Shown: positions 9,835 through 19,375 of the stretch, in pieces
Layout of the letters: each line of letters begins with the position of its first letter
Position numbering within the stretch: the first letter of the stretch is position 1
From: an uncultured Oscillospiraceae bacterium
Lineage (GTDB): Bacteria > Bacillota > Clostridia > Oscillospirales > Ruminococcaceae
DNA length: 64,000 nucleotides
NCBI GenBank assembly: GCA_964573335.1
Contig: CAZNJJ010000001.1
Span: forward strand, 2,003 to 66,002
Direction of reading: 5' to 3'
Program-made: the position numbers and the translations under genes
The notes under the pieces: model-generated
What the model was told of the DNA's origin: nothing
Seen by the model: only the letters and a program-made list of their open reading frames with translations
Databases searched by the model: none

Positions 9835-10697
9835 CAGCGCTCACCAGCCTTTCCGAGAACACGCAGCAGCTCGCGCTTTGCCGCTTCCACCGTGAATACG
9901 TTTGCGTTTATATCGCAGCCCATCTCGCGCAGACGGGTGAATATCTTGGTTATCTGCGGAACGGCAAGTCCCATCTCGGTAAGCTCGGCAGTTTTGGCGA
10001 ACACTTCATCAACACTGCCGTAGTCAAACAGCTTGGAGTCGTTTATGACCAAAACCTTTTTGGCGTGAGCCGCCACATCTTCCATACTGTGCGACACCAG
10101 CAAAACGGTACTGCCGGTTTTCTTATGATAATCCTTTATCTGAGAAAATATCTGCTCACGTCCTCTGGGGTCAAGTCCCGCGGTGGGTTCATCGAGAATA
10201 AGCACCTTTGGGCGCATCGCCAAAACTCCCGCTATCGCAACGCGGCGCTTCTGCCCGCCGGAAAGCTCAAACGGCGATTTCTGCATAACCTCTGGCGCAA
10301 GACCTACATATTCCGCGGCGACACGCACTCTGTCGGCGATTTCTTCCGCGGAAAGTCCCATGTTTTTCGGGCCGAACGCAATATCCTTTTCAACCGTTTC
10401 CTCAAAAAGCTGATACTCGGGATATTGGAATACCAATCCCACCATAAAGCGAAATTCCCGAATTTTTTTAGGCTCTGCCCACATATCCCGCCCGTGAATA
10501 TATATCTTTCCCGAGGTGGGGCGCAAAAGCCCGTTTAAATGCTGAATAAAGGTGGATTTTCCCGAGCCTGTGTGACCGATAACGCCGACAAATTCCCCTT
10601 CCTCTATTTCGAGCGAGAAATTGTCAACCGCCGTCTTTTCAAAGGGTGTTCCCGGCGAATAAACATAGCTGAGATTTTCGGTTTTTATCGCGGTCAT
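9834..10697 (-). CDS. ecfA2: ECF transporter ATPase EcfA2
   Basis: [35 protein letters not shown]. Confidence 0.95.
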   Translation of the reverse strand: MTAIKTENLSYVYSPGTPFEKTAVDNFSLEIEEGEFVGVIGHTGSGKSTFIQHLNGLLRPTSGKIYIHGRDMWAEPKKIREFRFMVGLVFQYPEYQLFEETVEKDIAFGPKNMGLSAEEIADRVRVAAEYVGLAPEVMQKSPFELSGGQKRRVAIAGVLAMRPKVLILDEPTAGLDPRGREQIFSQIKDYHKKTGSTVLLVSHSMEDVAAHAKKVLVINDSKLFDYGSVDEVFAKTAELTEMGLAVPQITKIFTRLREMGCDINANVFTVEAAKRELLRVLGKAGER

Positions 10698-11545
10698 ACT
10701 GTCGCCCCCTTGCTTTTGAGCAGAGCAAACAGCGTCTCGACACATTCATCATCGGTGATTATGCCGTCGGGCAGGTCGATGCCGCATTTTTTCAGCTCAT
10801 AAATCATCTCTGTCGCCTGCGGAATATCAAGTCCCACCTTTTTGAGCAAAGCGGCGTGAGAGAATACGTTTTTCGGAGTATCGTCGAGCAGCACCTTGCC
10901 ATCGTCCATGACTATTACTCTGCGGCAGGCGGCAGCCTCGTCCATATAATGGGTAATCAGTATTATCGTCACACCGAGGTCATCGTTGAGCCGCTTTATC
11001 GTATCCATTACCTCGGCTCGTCCTCTCGGGTCGAGCATGGCGGTCGGCTCGTCCAAAATGATTATCTTGGGGAGCATGGCTATTATTCCGGCGATTGCAA
11101 CTCTCTGCTTTTGTCCGCCCGAGAGCTGGTGGGGAGAGTGCATACGATATTCATACATTCCCACATCTTTAAGCGCCGCGTCAACTCTCGCCCTTATCTC
11201 ACTCGGCTCAATGCCGAGGTTTTCCAGTCCGAAAGCCACATCTTCTTCCACTATGGTAGCAACTATCTGATTATCGGGATTTTGAAACACCATTCCCGCG
11301 ATGCCGCGCAATTCCAGCAGGCGCTCATCATCGGCGGTGTTTATCCCGTCGATATAGCAAACGCCGCCCTGCGGCAGCAGTATCGAATTGAGCGTTTTTG
11401 CAAAGGTGGATTTGCCCGAGCCGTTGTGACCCAGCACCGCCACCAGTTCCCCCTGCTTAACGTTTATCGAAACATCGTTCACAGCGGGTGCCGATTCGCC
11501 CGAATAGGTGTATACCAGATGCTGAGCGCTAATGATATTTTCCAT
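10694..11545 (-). CDS. ecfA1: ECF transporter ATPase EcfA1
   Basis: [33 protein letters not shown]. Confidence 0.95.
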   Translation of the reverse strand: MENIISAQHLVYTYSGESAPAVNDVSINVKQGELVAVLGHNGSGKSTFAKTLNSILLPQGGVCYIDGINTADDERLLELRGIAGMVFQNPDNQIVATIVEEDVAFGLENLGIEPSEIRARVDAALKDVGMYEYRMHSPHQLSGGQKQRVAIAGIIAMLPKIIILDEPTAMLDPRGRAEVMDTIKRLNDDLGVTIILITHYMDEAAACRRVIVMDDGKVLLDDTPKNVFSHAALLKKVGLDIPQATEMIYELKKCGIDLPDGIITDDECVETLFALLKSKGATV

Positions 11546-11659
11546 ATTATACCTTCTCTACAAGTGTGGTGCTCCCCGCCCCTGCGGAAAACGAGAGCCT
11601 TTTAACAGGCAGGCTGTTCAGCTTGGAAAAATTTCCATAGCCGACGGCATTTTGCCCTA

Positions 11660-12523
11660 TTATCTCTCGCCCGACCATATTGCGGTGGAACCCTGCGGCA
11701 GAATAAGTCCGTTTGAGGAGACGGACAAACCTATCTCGGAAGCCGAACAGCTTCCGCCCCTCCTGCCTGCCGTAACAGAGAGGAGATACTGCATCACCGA
11801 GGCGGAAAGTCCGGTGGTGTAGGAATTTAACAGCAGAAAGAGCGCGTCTTCCGACAACAGCTCGCTCACCAGACAGCAAAGCTCGTAGACGCTGTCTTCC
11901 AGCTTCCATATCTCGCCGCCAGGTCCTCTGCCGTAGGATGGCGGGTCCATTATAATGCCGTCGTAGCGATTTCCGCGGCGAATTTCGCGCTCGATGAATT
12001 TTTTGCAGTCGTCAACTATCCATCGAACAGGCGCGTTTTCCAGTCCCGAGAGCTTTGCGTTATCCCTCGCCCACTGAACTATTCCCTTAGAAGCATCAAC
12101 ATGAACCACACTCGCTCCCGCCGCGGCACAGGCAAGGGTGGCGCCGCCGGTGTAGGCAAAAAGATTCAGCACCTTCACCGGTCTGCCGGCGTTTTTTATC
12201 CTGTCGGTCATATAGTCCCAGTTTACCGCCTGCTCCGGGAAAAGACCGGTGTGCTTGAAATTTGTGGGTCGAATAAGAAATCTCAAATTGCGATAGCCTA
12301 TCACCCACTCGTTTTTCTTCATCGAGCGCTGTTCCCATTCGCCGCCGCCCGATGAGGAGCGGTGATAATGAGCGTTTGCCTTTTCCCATTCAGCGCCGCG
12401 CGGGGTGTTCCAAATCACCTGCGGGTCGGGTCTTATCAAAAAAGTTTCGCCCCAGCGCTCCAGCTTTTCGCCGTTTGAAGCGTCTATCAGCTCAAAATCC
12501 TTCCAATTCTGCGAAAATCTCAT
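11660..12523 (-). CDS. Class I SAM-dependent methyltransferase (RlmI/RlmK-like)
   Basis: KHTGLFPEQ, VLNLFAYTGG, DPPSYG motifs. Confidence 0.88.
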   Translation of the reverse strand: MRFSQNWKDFELIDASNGEKLERWGETFLIRPDPQVIWNTPRGAEWEKANAHYHRSSSGGGEWEQRSMKKNEWVIGYRNLRFLIRPTNFKHTGLFPEQAVNWDYMTDRIKNAGRPVKVLNLFAYTGGATLACAAAGASVVHVDASKGIVQWARDNAKLSGLENAPVRWIVDDCKKFIEREIRRGNRYDGIIMDPPSYGRGPGGEIWKLEDSVYELCCLVSELLSEDALFLLLNSYTTGLSASVMQYLLSVTAGRRGGSCSASEIGLSVSSNGLILPQGSTAIWSGER

Positions 12524-12535
12524 TTAAAGCTCCTT

Positions 12536-13882
12536 TTATATCAAATGGGTGCTTATCGCGTCGGAAATTTCCGCCGCCGCCTTTTCTATTTCGTCCTTCG
12601 ATTCGCCCTCTACCATAACTCTGATATAAGGCTCTGTTCCCGATGCTCTCACAACCACTCTGCCGCGTCCGGAGAGCAGCTTCTGCCACTTTTCTATCTC
12701 GCCTGTCACAGAGGGGTGCTTATCGAGCGCCGCTTTCATCGAGGGTGTTGCGGTGACATTCACCATAGTCTGCGGAAAATGTCTCATCTCACCGCCCAGA
12801 CTCGACAGCGGCTTGCCCGCCGCGGCGACAGCGTTTAACAGCATCACGGCGGAAAGCTGTCCGTCGCCCGTTGTTGCGCTGTCAAGGAATATGATATGCC
12901 CCGACTGCTCGCCGCCGAGCGAAAGACCCTTTTCTCTCATTCGCTCCAAAACATATCTGTCGCCGACTCCGGTTATCTCGGTATTTCGATTTTTCTTCTT
13001 CATCAGCTCGAAAAATCCGAAATTGGTCATAGAGGTCACCACCACCGAATCGGCGTTCAGCCTGCCCTCCCGGGAAAGATAGTCGCTCATCATGGCGATA
13101 AGCACATCGCCGTCGAGAACATTTCCCTTTTCGTCTGCGGCAAGCAGTCTGTCGGCATCGCCGTCAAACGCCAAACCGAGTGTGTAGCCGCCGGCGGCGG
13201 TTTTCTCGGCGAGGCTCTCTATATGGGTGGAGCCGCAGCCGTCGTTTATATTGATTCCGTCAGGCTCACAGGCGATAAAATCGGCGCTGATGCCCAGCTT
13301 TTCAAACAGCGTTTTTGCCGTTGCCGAAGCGCTGCCGTTGGCGCAGTCCACCAGTATTCTGCCGCAGAATCCGCCCTTGTAGAGCGATGCCAGATGCTCG
13401 GTATACACCTCGCAGGCGTCCTCGGCGTGGCGAACACGCCCCAGCTCTCCGCCCTGTTTAACGTCATAGGGGCGGGTGTGGTCGAGGATTATTCCCTCGA
13501 TTTCCTCCTCTTGGCTGTCGGTGAGCTTGTAGCCCTCTCCGCCGAATATCTTTATTCCGTTGAATTGATAGGGATTGTGGCTTGCCGAGAGCATAACTCC
13601 CGCATCGGCGTTGTAATGCTCCACAAGATAAGCCACCGCAGGGGTGGGAACCACTCCCAGCATGAGCACATCGGCTCCCACCGAGCAAAGACCTGCCGCA
13701 ACCGCCGAGCAAAGCATATCCCCCGAAATTCTGGTGTCCATGCCTATCACGACAAGCGGCTTTTTGTGCGTCTGTTCTATCAGCACCATCGCCGCCGCGC
13801 GGCCTATATTGAGCGCCAGTTCGGCGGTAAGCTCTGTTCCCACAACACCTCTGGCACCGTCTGTGCCGAAAATTCTGCCCAA
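12536..13882 (-). CDS. glmM: Phosphoglucosamine mutase
   Basis: FGTDGARG, SASHNP phosphoserine, DGDADR, GGEQSGH, RASGTEP. Confidence 0.96.
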   Translation of the reverse strand: MGRIFGTDGARGVVGTELTAELALNIGRAAAMVLIEQTHKKPLVVIGMDTRISGDMLCSAVAAGLCSVGADVLMLGVVPTPAVAYLVEHYNADAGVMLSASHNPYQFNGIKIFGGEGYKLTDSQEEEIEGIILDHTRPYDVKQGGELGRVRHAEDACEVYTEHLASLYKGGFCGRILVDCANGSASATAKTLFEKLGISADFIACEPDGININDGCGSTHIESLAEKTAAGGYTLGLAFDGDADRLLAADEKGNVLDGDVLIAMMSDYLSREGRLNADSVVVTSMTNFGFFELMKKKNRNTEITGVGDRYVLERMREKGLSLGGEQSGHIIFLDSATTGDGQLSAVMLLNAVAAAGKPLSSLGGEMRHFPQTMVNVTATPSMKAALDKHPSVTGEIEKWQKLLSGRGRVVVRASGTEPYIRVMVEGESKDEIEKAAAEISDAISTHLI

Positions 13883-13918
13883 ATCAATTTCCTCCCAAAA
13901 ATCAGTAATAAGCCGCTG

Positions 13919-14974
13919 TTACAAAAGCGTTGTCTGCTCGGGCGCGTCGTTTTTTCCGGGCAGAGTCATGCCGAGATGCGCCGCTCCCAGTGCCGTTACA
14001 CAGCGTCCGCGCGGAGTGCGGGTTAAAAATCCTATCTGCATCAGATAAGGCTCGTAAACGTCCTCTATCGTCACCGCTTCTTCGCCGGTGGCGGCGGCAA
14101 GCGTTTCAAGTCCGACAGGGCCGCCGTTATAATTTGTGATGATGACCGACAACATTCTGCGGTCGATAGCGTCAAGTCCAAGCTCATCTACCTCAAGGCG
14201 GGAAAGCGCGGTATCCGCTATATCGCCTGTGATAACTCCGTCTCCTATCACCTGCGCGAAATCTCTCACCCGCTTTAAAAAGCGGTTTGCGATTCTCGGA
14301 GTGCCGCGCGAGCGCCGCGCCAGCTCATAAGCGCCCTTTTCGTCGCAGGGAATACCGAGTATCTCGGCGCTGCGGAGTATTATCAGCGAAAGTTCCTCCG
14401 GTGTGTAAAGCTCCAAGCGCATCGAAACGCCGAATCTGTCTCTCAGCGGCGCGGAAAGCTGACCCGCCCTTGTAGTTGCGCCGATGAGGGTAAAATGTGG
14501 CAGGTCAAGTCTGATAGAACGCGCCGAGGGGCCTTTTCCTATCATGATGTCAAGCTCAAAATCCTCCATAGCCGGATAGAGAACCTCTTCTATCGAGCGG
14601 TCGAGCCTGTGAATCTCGTCTATAAACAATATATCACCCTCGCCCATATTGGTGAGCAGGGCGACCAAATCTCCCTGCCGCTCCAGCGCGGGGCCGGAGG
14701 TGACTCTTATCTGAACGTCCATCTCATTGGCGATTATCTGCGCCAGAGTGGTTTTTCCCAGTCCGGGCGGGCCGTAGAAAAGAGCGTGGTCGAGTGGCTC
14801 GCCGCGCAGCTTTGCCGCCCCGAGGAATATCTTGAGATTCTCCTTTACCTTGCTCTGACCTACATATTCCTCCAGCGTTTTCGGACGGAGTGAAAGCTCC
14901 GCCTCGCTGTCTCGGACGGCGTATTCGGGGGAAACTATTCGGTTTTCAAAATCCGTTTCGTCATTTCTCAGCAC
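13919..14974 (-). CDS. ruvB: Holliday junction branch migration helicase RuvB
   Basis: [37 protein letters not shown]. Confidence 0.98.
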   Translation of the reverse strand: MLRNDETDFENRIVSPEYAVRDSEAELSLRPKTLEEYVGQSKVKENLKIFLGAAKLRGEPLDHALFYGPPGLGKTTLAQIIANEMDVQIRVTSGPALERQGDLVALLTNMGEGDILFIDEIHRLDRSIEEVLYPAMEDFELDIMIGKGPSARSIRLDLPHFTLIGATTRAGQLSAPLRDRFGVSMRLELYTPEELSLIILRSAEILGIPCDEKGAYELARRSRGTPRIANRFLKRVRDFAQVIGDGVITGDIADTALSRLEVDELGLDAIDRRMLSVIITNYNGGPVGLETLAAATGEEAVTIEDVYEPYLMQIGFLTRTPRGRCVTALGAAHLGMTLPGKNDAPEQTTLL

Positions 14975-14993
14975 GAAAATTTCCTCCTGTCAA

Positions 14994-15596
14994 TCAAAAT
15001 TTAGCCAGCTTTTTCAAGCCGATTTTGATAAGCTCCTCCACCGAGCTGTTCTCATCACAGCCCGCCAGCGCCGCAGCAGTTTCCGACTGACCGTATCCCA
15101 ACGAGCAGAGAGCGGCTATCGCCTCGCTGATATTGCCTCTGTTGGAAACAGCCTCGCTGACCTTGGCGATTACATCGCTGTCACCTACGGCAAGCGCCCC
15201 GAGCTTATCCTTCAGCTCCAAAACTATGCGCTGTGCCGTCTTGTTGCCTATTCCCGACGTTTTGGTGAGCGCCTTTGAATCTCCCGAAACGATGGCAAGC
15301 GCCAGTCTGTCAAAGGTGAAATCGGAAAGCAAAGCCAATCCCGCCTTGGGGCCGACGCCGTTGACACCGATGAGCAGGCGGAAAGCGTCCAATTCCCGCT
15401 CGTCGGCAAAGCCGAAAAGGTCAACCGAGTCCTCGCGGACATTCATGTATGTGTAAACAAAAACCTCACTGCCGACATTAGGCAGCATGGAAAGCGTAGT
15501 CATAGAAACGGAACACCGATAGCCGACACCCGCACATTCCACAACTATCATGCCGGGCTGAGCCGCTGTCAGCTTTCCTCTGAGAGAATATATCAT
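14994..15596 (-). CDS. ruvA: Holliday junction branch migration protein RuvA
   Basis: GVGY, GVNGVGPK HhH, GIGNKTAQRIVLEL. Confidence 0.97.
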   Translation of the reverse strand: MIYSLRGKLTAAQPGMIVVECAGVGYRCSVSMTTLSMLPNVGSEVFVYTYMNVREDSVDLFGFADERELDAFRLLIGVNGVGPKAGLALLSDFTFDRLALAIVSGDSKALTKTSGIGNKTAQRIVLELKDKLGALAVGDSDVIAKVSEAVSNRGNISEAIAALCSLGYGQSETAAALAGCDENSSVEELIKIGLKKLAKF

Positions 15597-16114
15597 CTTG
15601 TCCTCCTGCTGTTATCGTTTAGCACCGCCCGCCTTATCAGCGAAACAGAAGCGCTGTGCGCGTGGCATATCGCTATCGCGAGTGCATCGGCAACGTCATC
15701 GGGCTTTGGGCGCTCACGCAGATTGAGCAGCTTTCTTGTCATCTCCATAACCTGCGCTTTTTCGGCGTTTCCGTAGCCGACTACCGATTGCTTTACCTGA
15801 CGGGGAGTGTATTCAAACGGCTCTACCCCGTATTTTGACGCTGCCAAAAGAATAACTCCCCTCGCCTGCGCCACATAAATTCCGGTGGTGACGTTGTTTG
15901 TAAAAAACAGCTCCTCTATCGCCATCTGATCGGGTTTTACCTCTTCTATCAGCGCACATATATCGTCATAGATGCTTTCCAGCCGCTTTTCAAACGGCAT
16001 TTTCGGCGGCGTTGTCACCGCTCGCATATCAAGCAGGGTGAATTTTCCGCGCTCATAGCTGACTGCTCCGCAGCCGACTATCGCGTAGCCGGGATCTATT
16101 CCCAAAACAACCAA
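15593..16114 (-). CDS. ruvC: Crossover junction endodeoxyribonuclease RuvC
   Basis: LGIDPG, IEELFF, QARGV, DDVADALAIA. Confidence 0.97.
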   Translation of the reverse strand: MVVLGIDPGYAIVGCGAVSYERGKFTLLDMRAVTTPPKMPFEKRLESIYDDICALIEEVKPDQMAIEELFFTNNVTTGIYVAQARGVILLAASKYGVEPFEYTPRQVKQSVVGYGNAEKAQVMEMTRKLLNLRERPKPDDVADALAIAICHAHSASVSLIRRAVLNDNSRRTR

Positions 16115-16291
16115 TTTGCGCCGACCGCCTCTCCTAAAGGTATATTCGATTTATTATAGCATGATAAAACGATTTCAACAAGAAGTTGACGCGGTTTCAA
16201 GCATTTTTTACAAAAAGGAAATATCTTTTATCCCTTGCCCGAAAGCCCGACTCAATATATAATATCGGTTGATGACATTTCGGAGGCCGCT

Positions 16292-16594
16292 ATGAATTTT
16301 GTATATGAAGAAAAGCTCAAAGACTACATCAAAAAGCACAATAAAAAGACGCTCGTTGTCGAATTGATAACGGTAAACAATTCCGACTTTGAGATAACCG
16401 AGCTGAGCGTTCATTTTGTTGATGAGCGTATGCGTAAAATTTTCACCGAAAAGCGCCGTTACAGGGTTTTCCCAACCGAATCGGGTGAGGTTCTCCTGCC
16501 GCCCTTTCCGCTGGAATTGGAAGAAACGGTCACCTTCGGCTTGAAGAGCTTTTTGTTTTTCAACAGCGTGACATACACCGGAATAAAGGTTTGA
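16292..16594 (+). CDS. Hypothetical 100-aa protein, possibly HesB/CC-Se-motif-like fold without cysteines
   Basis: GGAGG RBS before ATG 16292, own terminator; family resemblance by eye only. Confidence 0.6.
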   Translation: MNFVYEEKLKDYIKKHNKKTLVVELITVNNSDFEITELSVHFVDERMRKIFTEKRRYRVFPTESGEVLLPPFPLELEETVTFGLKSFLFFNSVTYTGIKV

Positions 16595-16601
16595 TATATT
16601 G

Positions 16602-16637
16602 AAAAAGGAAGCGCTTTTCGGCGCTTCCTTTTATTTT
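16602..16637. terminator. Bidirectional terminator
   Basis: aaggaagcgc/gcgcttcctt stem with A and T tracts. Confidence 0.75.
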
Positions 16638-16891
16638 CACTTTTCGTTATTCAAATCAAGTCCATCGAAAAAGTCATCATAAGAGCAGTCATATATCTTT
16701 TTCAACTCGATAATAACGCTCGCTCTTATATTCAACTCTCCCGATTCGTATTTGGCATAGGTGGTGCGCCCGATGTCACAGCCGCGCCGTTGCAATTCCG
16801 CGCACAGCTTTTCCTGTGAGATGCCTTTTTCATCACGCAGTTTTCTGAGATTTGCGCCCATGTTCCTATCACGCCGTATCTTCTGTTCCAC
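16637..16891 (-). CDS. XRE/Cro-like HTH transcriptional regulator (84 aa)
   Basis: LRKLRDEKGISQEKL...TYAKYESGE HTH pattern; GAGGTG RBS, GTG start. Confidence 0.88.
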   Translation of the reverse strand: MEQKIRRDRNMGANLRKLRDEKGISQEKLCAELQRRGCDIGRTTYAKYESGELNIRASVIIELKKIYDCSYDDFFDGLDLNNEK

Positions 16892-16924
16892 CGTCTCACC
16901 TCAAATAACATTGACCGATAATGG

Positions 16925-16953
16925 TTGCAAACATCATTATCGTATGCTATAAT
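16925..16953 (+). promoter_or_regulatory. Near-consensus sigma-A promoter TTGCAA-17-TATAAT with extended -10 TG and no evident downstream gene
   Basis: ttgcaa 16925-16930, tataat 16948-16953; TTGACC-N8-GGTCAA palindrome at 16965-16984. Confidence 0.65.
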
Positions 16954-17054
16954 GAGGAAAAATATTGACCGCTATACTGGTCAACAGCAGGCGTGTTCAG
17001 AGTTAAAAACAACTATATAAATAAAAAAAACGCGTCCCTGCCGCGCTCAAAAGT

Positions 17055-17297
17055 TTATTTTATTTCCTGCTCCAGCTCATTGAACAAATCGCTGTCGAAA
17101 AACTCCCGTATCGTTATATCCATACCGTCGCACAGCTTTTTTATTGAAACCACCCCGGGATTTTGGCTCTTTTCGTTCAGCATACTGTAAACCGTTGACG
17201 GCGACACGCCCGATAATATCGCCAGCGCGTTTATCGCTATCTGCTTTTCGCTGCACAATTCCAAAATACGCTTTGCGACAGCCTCCTTCGTATTCAA
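17055..17297 (-). CDS. XRE/Cro-like HTH transcriptional regulator (80 aa)
   Basis: INALAILSGVSPSTVYSML HTH, IKKLCDGMDITIREFF; GAGGAG RBS, TTG start. Confidence 0.88.
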   Translation of the reverse strand: MNTKEAVAKRILELCSEKQIAINALAILSGVSPSTVYSMLNEKSQNPGVVSIKKLCDGMDITIREFFDSDLFNELEQEIK

Positions 17298-17348
17298 AAA
17301 GAACACTCTCCTCACTTTATATAATCGTGATTTGAGTTTACCCAAATT

Positions 17349-17414
17349 TACGATAAATCGTATGGGATATATCGCAAAGAGTGAAAGTTTATGCTATAAT
17401 TACGATATATCCCA
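17349..17414 (+). promoter_or_regulatory. Promoter TCGCAA-17-TATAAT bracketed by 12-bp inverted repeats
   Basis: TGGGATATATCG 17363-17374 / CGATATATCCCA 17403-17414; TACGAT-AA-ATCGTA 17349-17362. Confidence 0.6.
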
Positions 17415-17432
17415 CAAATGAGGAAGTATATT

Positions 17433-17867
17433 ATGCCAAGCTGCACCTTTTTCGGACACAGAATATGCCCTTTGGAAATAAAATCCAAGCTCTACCGCGC
17501 CGTTGAGCGTTTGATAACCGAGCAGGGAGTTGACACCTTTTATGTGGGAAAAGAGGGCGGATTTGATTCTATGGCGCTCACTGTTCTCAAAGAGCTTTCC
17601 GCCGCCTATCCGCAGATAAGATATTTTATCACTCTAGCCTATATTCCGGTGAAGAAAAAGGCTGTTGACCCTGCGGACGATGCCCACACCCTCCTGCCGG
17701 ACGGCATTGAAGCTGTTCCGCGAAAGTTCGCGATAAGCTACCGCAACGACTGGATGCTCCGTCAGAGCGAATTTGCCGTGACCTATATCGAACACAGCTT
17801 CGGCGGTGCCGCTAAATTCCACCAAAAAGCGCTCAAATCCGCCAAAATCGTAATAAATCTCGCATAA
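17433..17867 (+). CDS. SLOG superfamily (YspA/DUF1273-like) protein
   Basis: CTFFGHR, FYVG..GGFD, RNDWML..S...TY...GGA pattern typical of SLOG folds. Confidence 0.65.
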   Translation: MPSCTFFGHRICPLEIKSKLYRAVERLITEQGVDTFYVGKEGGFDSMALTVLKELSAAYPQIRYFITLAYIPVKKKAVDPADDAHTLLPDGIEAVPRKFAISYRNDWMLRQSEFAVTYIEHSFGGAAKFHQKALKSAKIVINLA

Positions 17868-17872
17868 GCGAT

Positions 17873-17914
17873 AAAAAAGACTCACTCGGCTTTTTAAAAC
17901 GAGTGAGTCTTTTT
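17873..17914. terminator. Bidirectional terminator
   Basis: aaaaagactcactcg/cgagtgagtcttttt. Confidence 0.8.
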
Positions 17915-17917
17915 ATG

Positions 17918-18661
17918 TTAAAGTATGCTTTCGATAAATTCCTTTATTCTGCTGTCGGCAGGATTTTCAAATACGTCCTTTGTCGAACCCATCTGCAAAA
18001 TGTGCTTGTCGCCCATAAATATTATCTTGTCGGCGGCTTCTCTCGCAAATCCCATTTCGTGAGTGACTACTATCATAGTCATTCGCTTTGCCACCAGCTT
18101 TTTCATAACGCCGAGAACCTCGGCGGTAAGCTGGGGGTCAAGCGAGGAGGTAGGCTCGTCAAAAAGCAGAAGGTCGGGTTCCATCATCAGCGCTCTGGCG
18201 ATAGCCACACGCTGCTTCTGCCCGCCGGAAAGCGCCGAAGGGTAATTATCCGCCTTATCCAGCAAGCCGACCTCGTTCAACCGCTCCTTAGCCAATTCCA
18301 CAGCCTGCGCTTTCGGCATTTTGCGGACATTTATCGGAGCGGCGGTAAGATTGTCCAGCACCGTCATGTGCGGGAAAAGGTTAAAGCTCTGGAAAACCAT
18401 TCCCATGCGGCTGCAAGCCTCGCGCATCTGCTTGTCGGGAAGATAAACGCCGTTTTTCATCAGGTGAGTTCCCTCTATGATGATGTCGCCGCCGTCGGCA
18501 CGTTCCAGCCCGATGAGACAGCGCAGCATGGTGCTTTTTCCCGCTCCTGAGGGTCCTATCACCGCAACGGCATCGCCCTTTTCCACAGTGAAAGAAATAT
18601 CCTCCAGAACATTTACATCGCCAAAGCTCTTTTTAAGACCGTTGACCTCTAAAATACTCAT
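17918..18661 (-). CDS. Polar amino acid ABC transporter ATP-binding protein (GlnQ-like)
   Basis: [35 protein letters not shown]. Confidence 0.95.
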   Translation of the reverse strand: MSILEVNGLKKSFGDVNVLEDISFTVEKGDAVAVIGPSGAGKSTMLRCLIGLERADGGDIIIEGTHLMKNGVYLPDKQMREACSRMGMVFQSFNLFPHMTVLDNLTAAPINVRKMPKAQAVELAKERLNEVGLLDKADNYPSALSGGQKQRVAIARALMMEPDLLLFDEPTSSLDPQLTAEVLGVMKKLVAKRMTMIVVTHEMGFAREAADKIIFMGDKHILQMGSTKDVFENPADSRIKEFIESIL

Positions 18662-18676
18662 ATCGCACCTTCCTCC

Positions 18677-19330
18677 TTAAAAGCTGTATCTGCGCTCAAG
18701 ATACTCAAACAGCTTGGTGATGACAAAGGTGAATACCAGATAGAACACCGCCGCCACCGGATAGGCGGTGAAAACCGCCTGACGGTTTACGGTAGCCTTG
18801 GCGAAATAGAGTATCTCGGTGACGCCGATAGCGGTGACAAGAGCGGTATCCTTAACCAGCGTTATAGCCTCATTCGCAATCGAGGGGAGCGAAACACGCA
18901 GCATCTGCGGCAGAACTATTCTGCCGAGCGTTTGTCCCTTGGAGAATCCCAAAACTCTCGCCGCTTCATACTGCCCCTTTTCCACCGAGAGCATACCGCC
19001 GCGGAATATCTCGCAGAAATACGCCGCGTAGTTGAGCACAAACGCGAGCATCGCCGCCGAAAGACGGTCTAACACGATGATATTCTTCATTCCCGGGATA
19101 AAAGGCAAGCCGTAGTAGAAAAAGTAAAGCTGGAGCAAAAGCGGTGTTCCGCGCATTATATATACGAAAAATCCCGTAACACCGCGCAGGGCACGGCTTT
19201 TGCCCGTTCTCATAAATGTGAGCAGCAACCCGAGCGGCATGGAGCCTATAATGGTCACTAAAAACAGGCTGAGCGTGTATTTAACGCCGTCTGTCAGCAG
19301 CACAGCGATCTCTATAAAATCGTTTATCAT
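18677..19330 (-). CDS. Polar amino acid ABC transporter permease
   Basis: RGTPLLLQL, AAYFCEIFRGG, GQYEAA EAA loop, LVKDTAL. Confidence 0.95.
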   Translation of the reverse strand: MINDFIEIAVLLTDGVKYTLSLFLVTIIGSMPLGLLLTFMRTGKSRALRGVTGFFVYIMRGTPLLLQLYFFYYGLPFIPGMKNIIVLDRLSAAMLAFVLNYAAYFCEIFRGGMLSVEKGQYEAARVLGFSKGQTLGRIVLPQMLRVSLPSIANEAITLVKDTALVTAIGVTEILYFAKATVNRQAVFTAYPVAAVFYLVFTFVITKLFEYLERRYSF

Positions 19331-19375
19331 CTTTTAAACTCTCACACCGTTTCAGAAAATTTTGTTATTCGGCTG

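Noticed and set aside
11546-11659. 115-nt spacer upstream of ecfA1 as a vitamin riboswitch
   Set aside because: Only short hairpins; no TPP, FMN, THF, cobalamin, preQ1 or ZTP consensus recognised
16115-16230. LexA (CGAAC-N4-GTTCG) box upstream of ruvCAB
   Set aside because: No adequate match; only an extended -10 promoter is visible
19347-19361. CodY-like sequence between the SBP and permease genes
   Set aside because: Only 12/15 match and intra-operonic; likely chance
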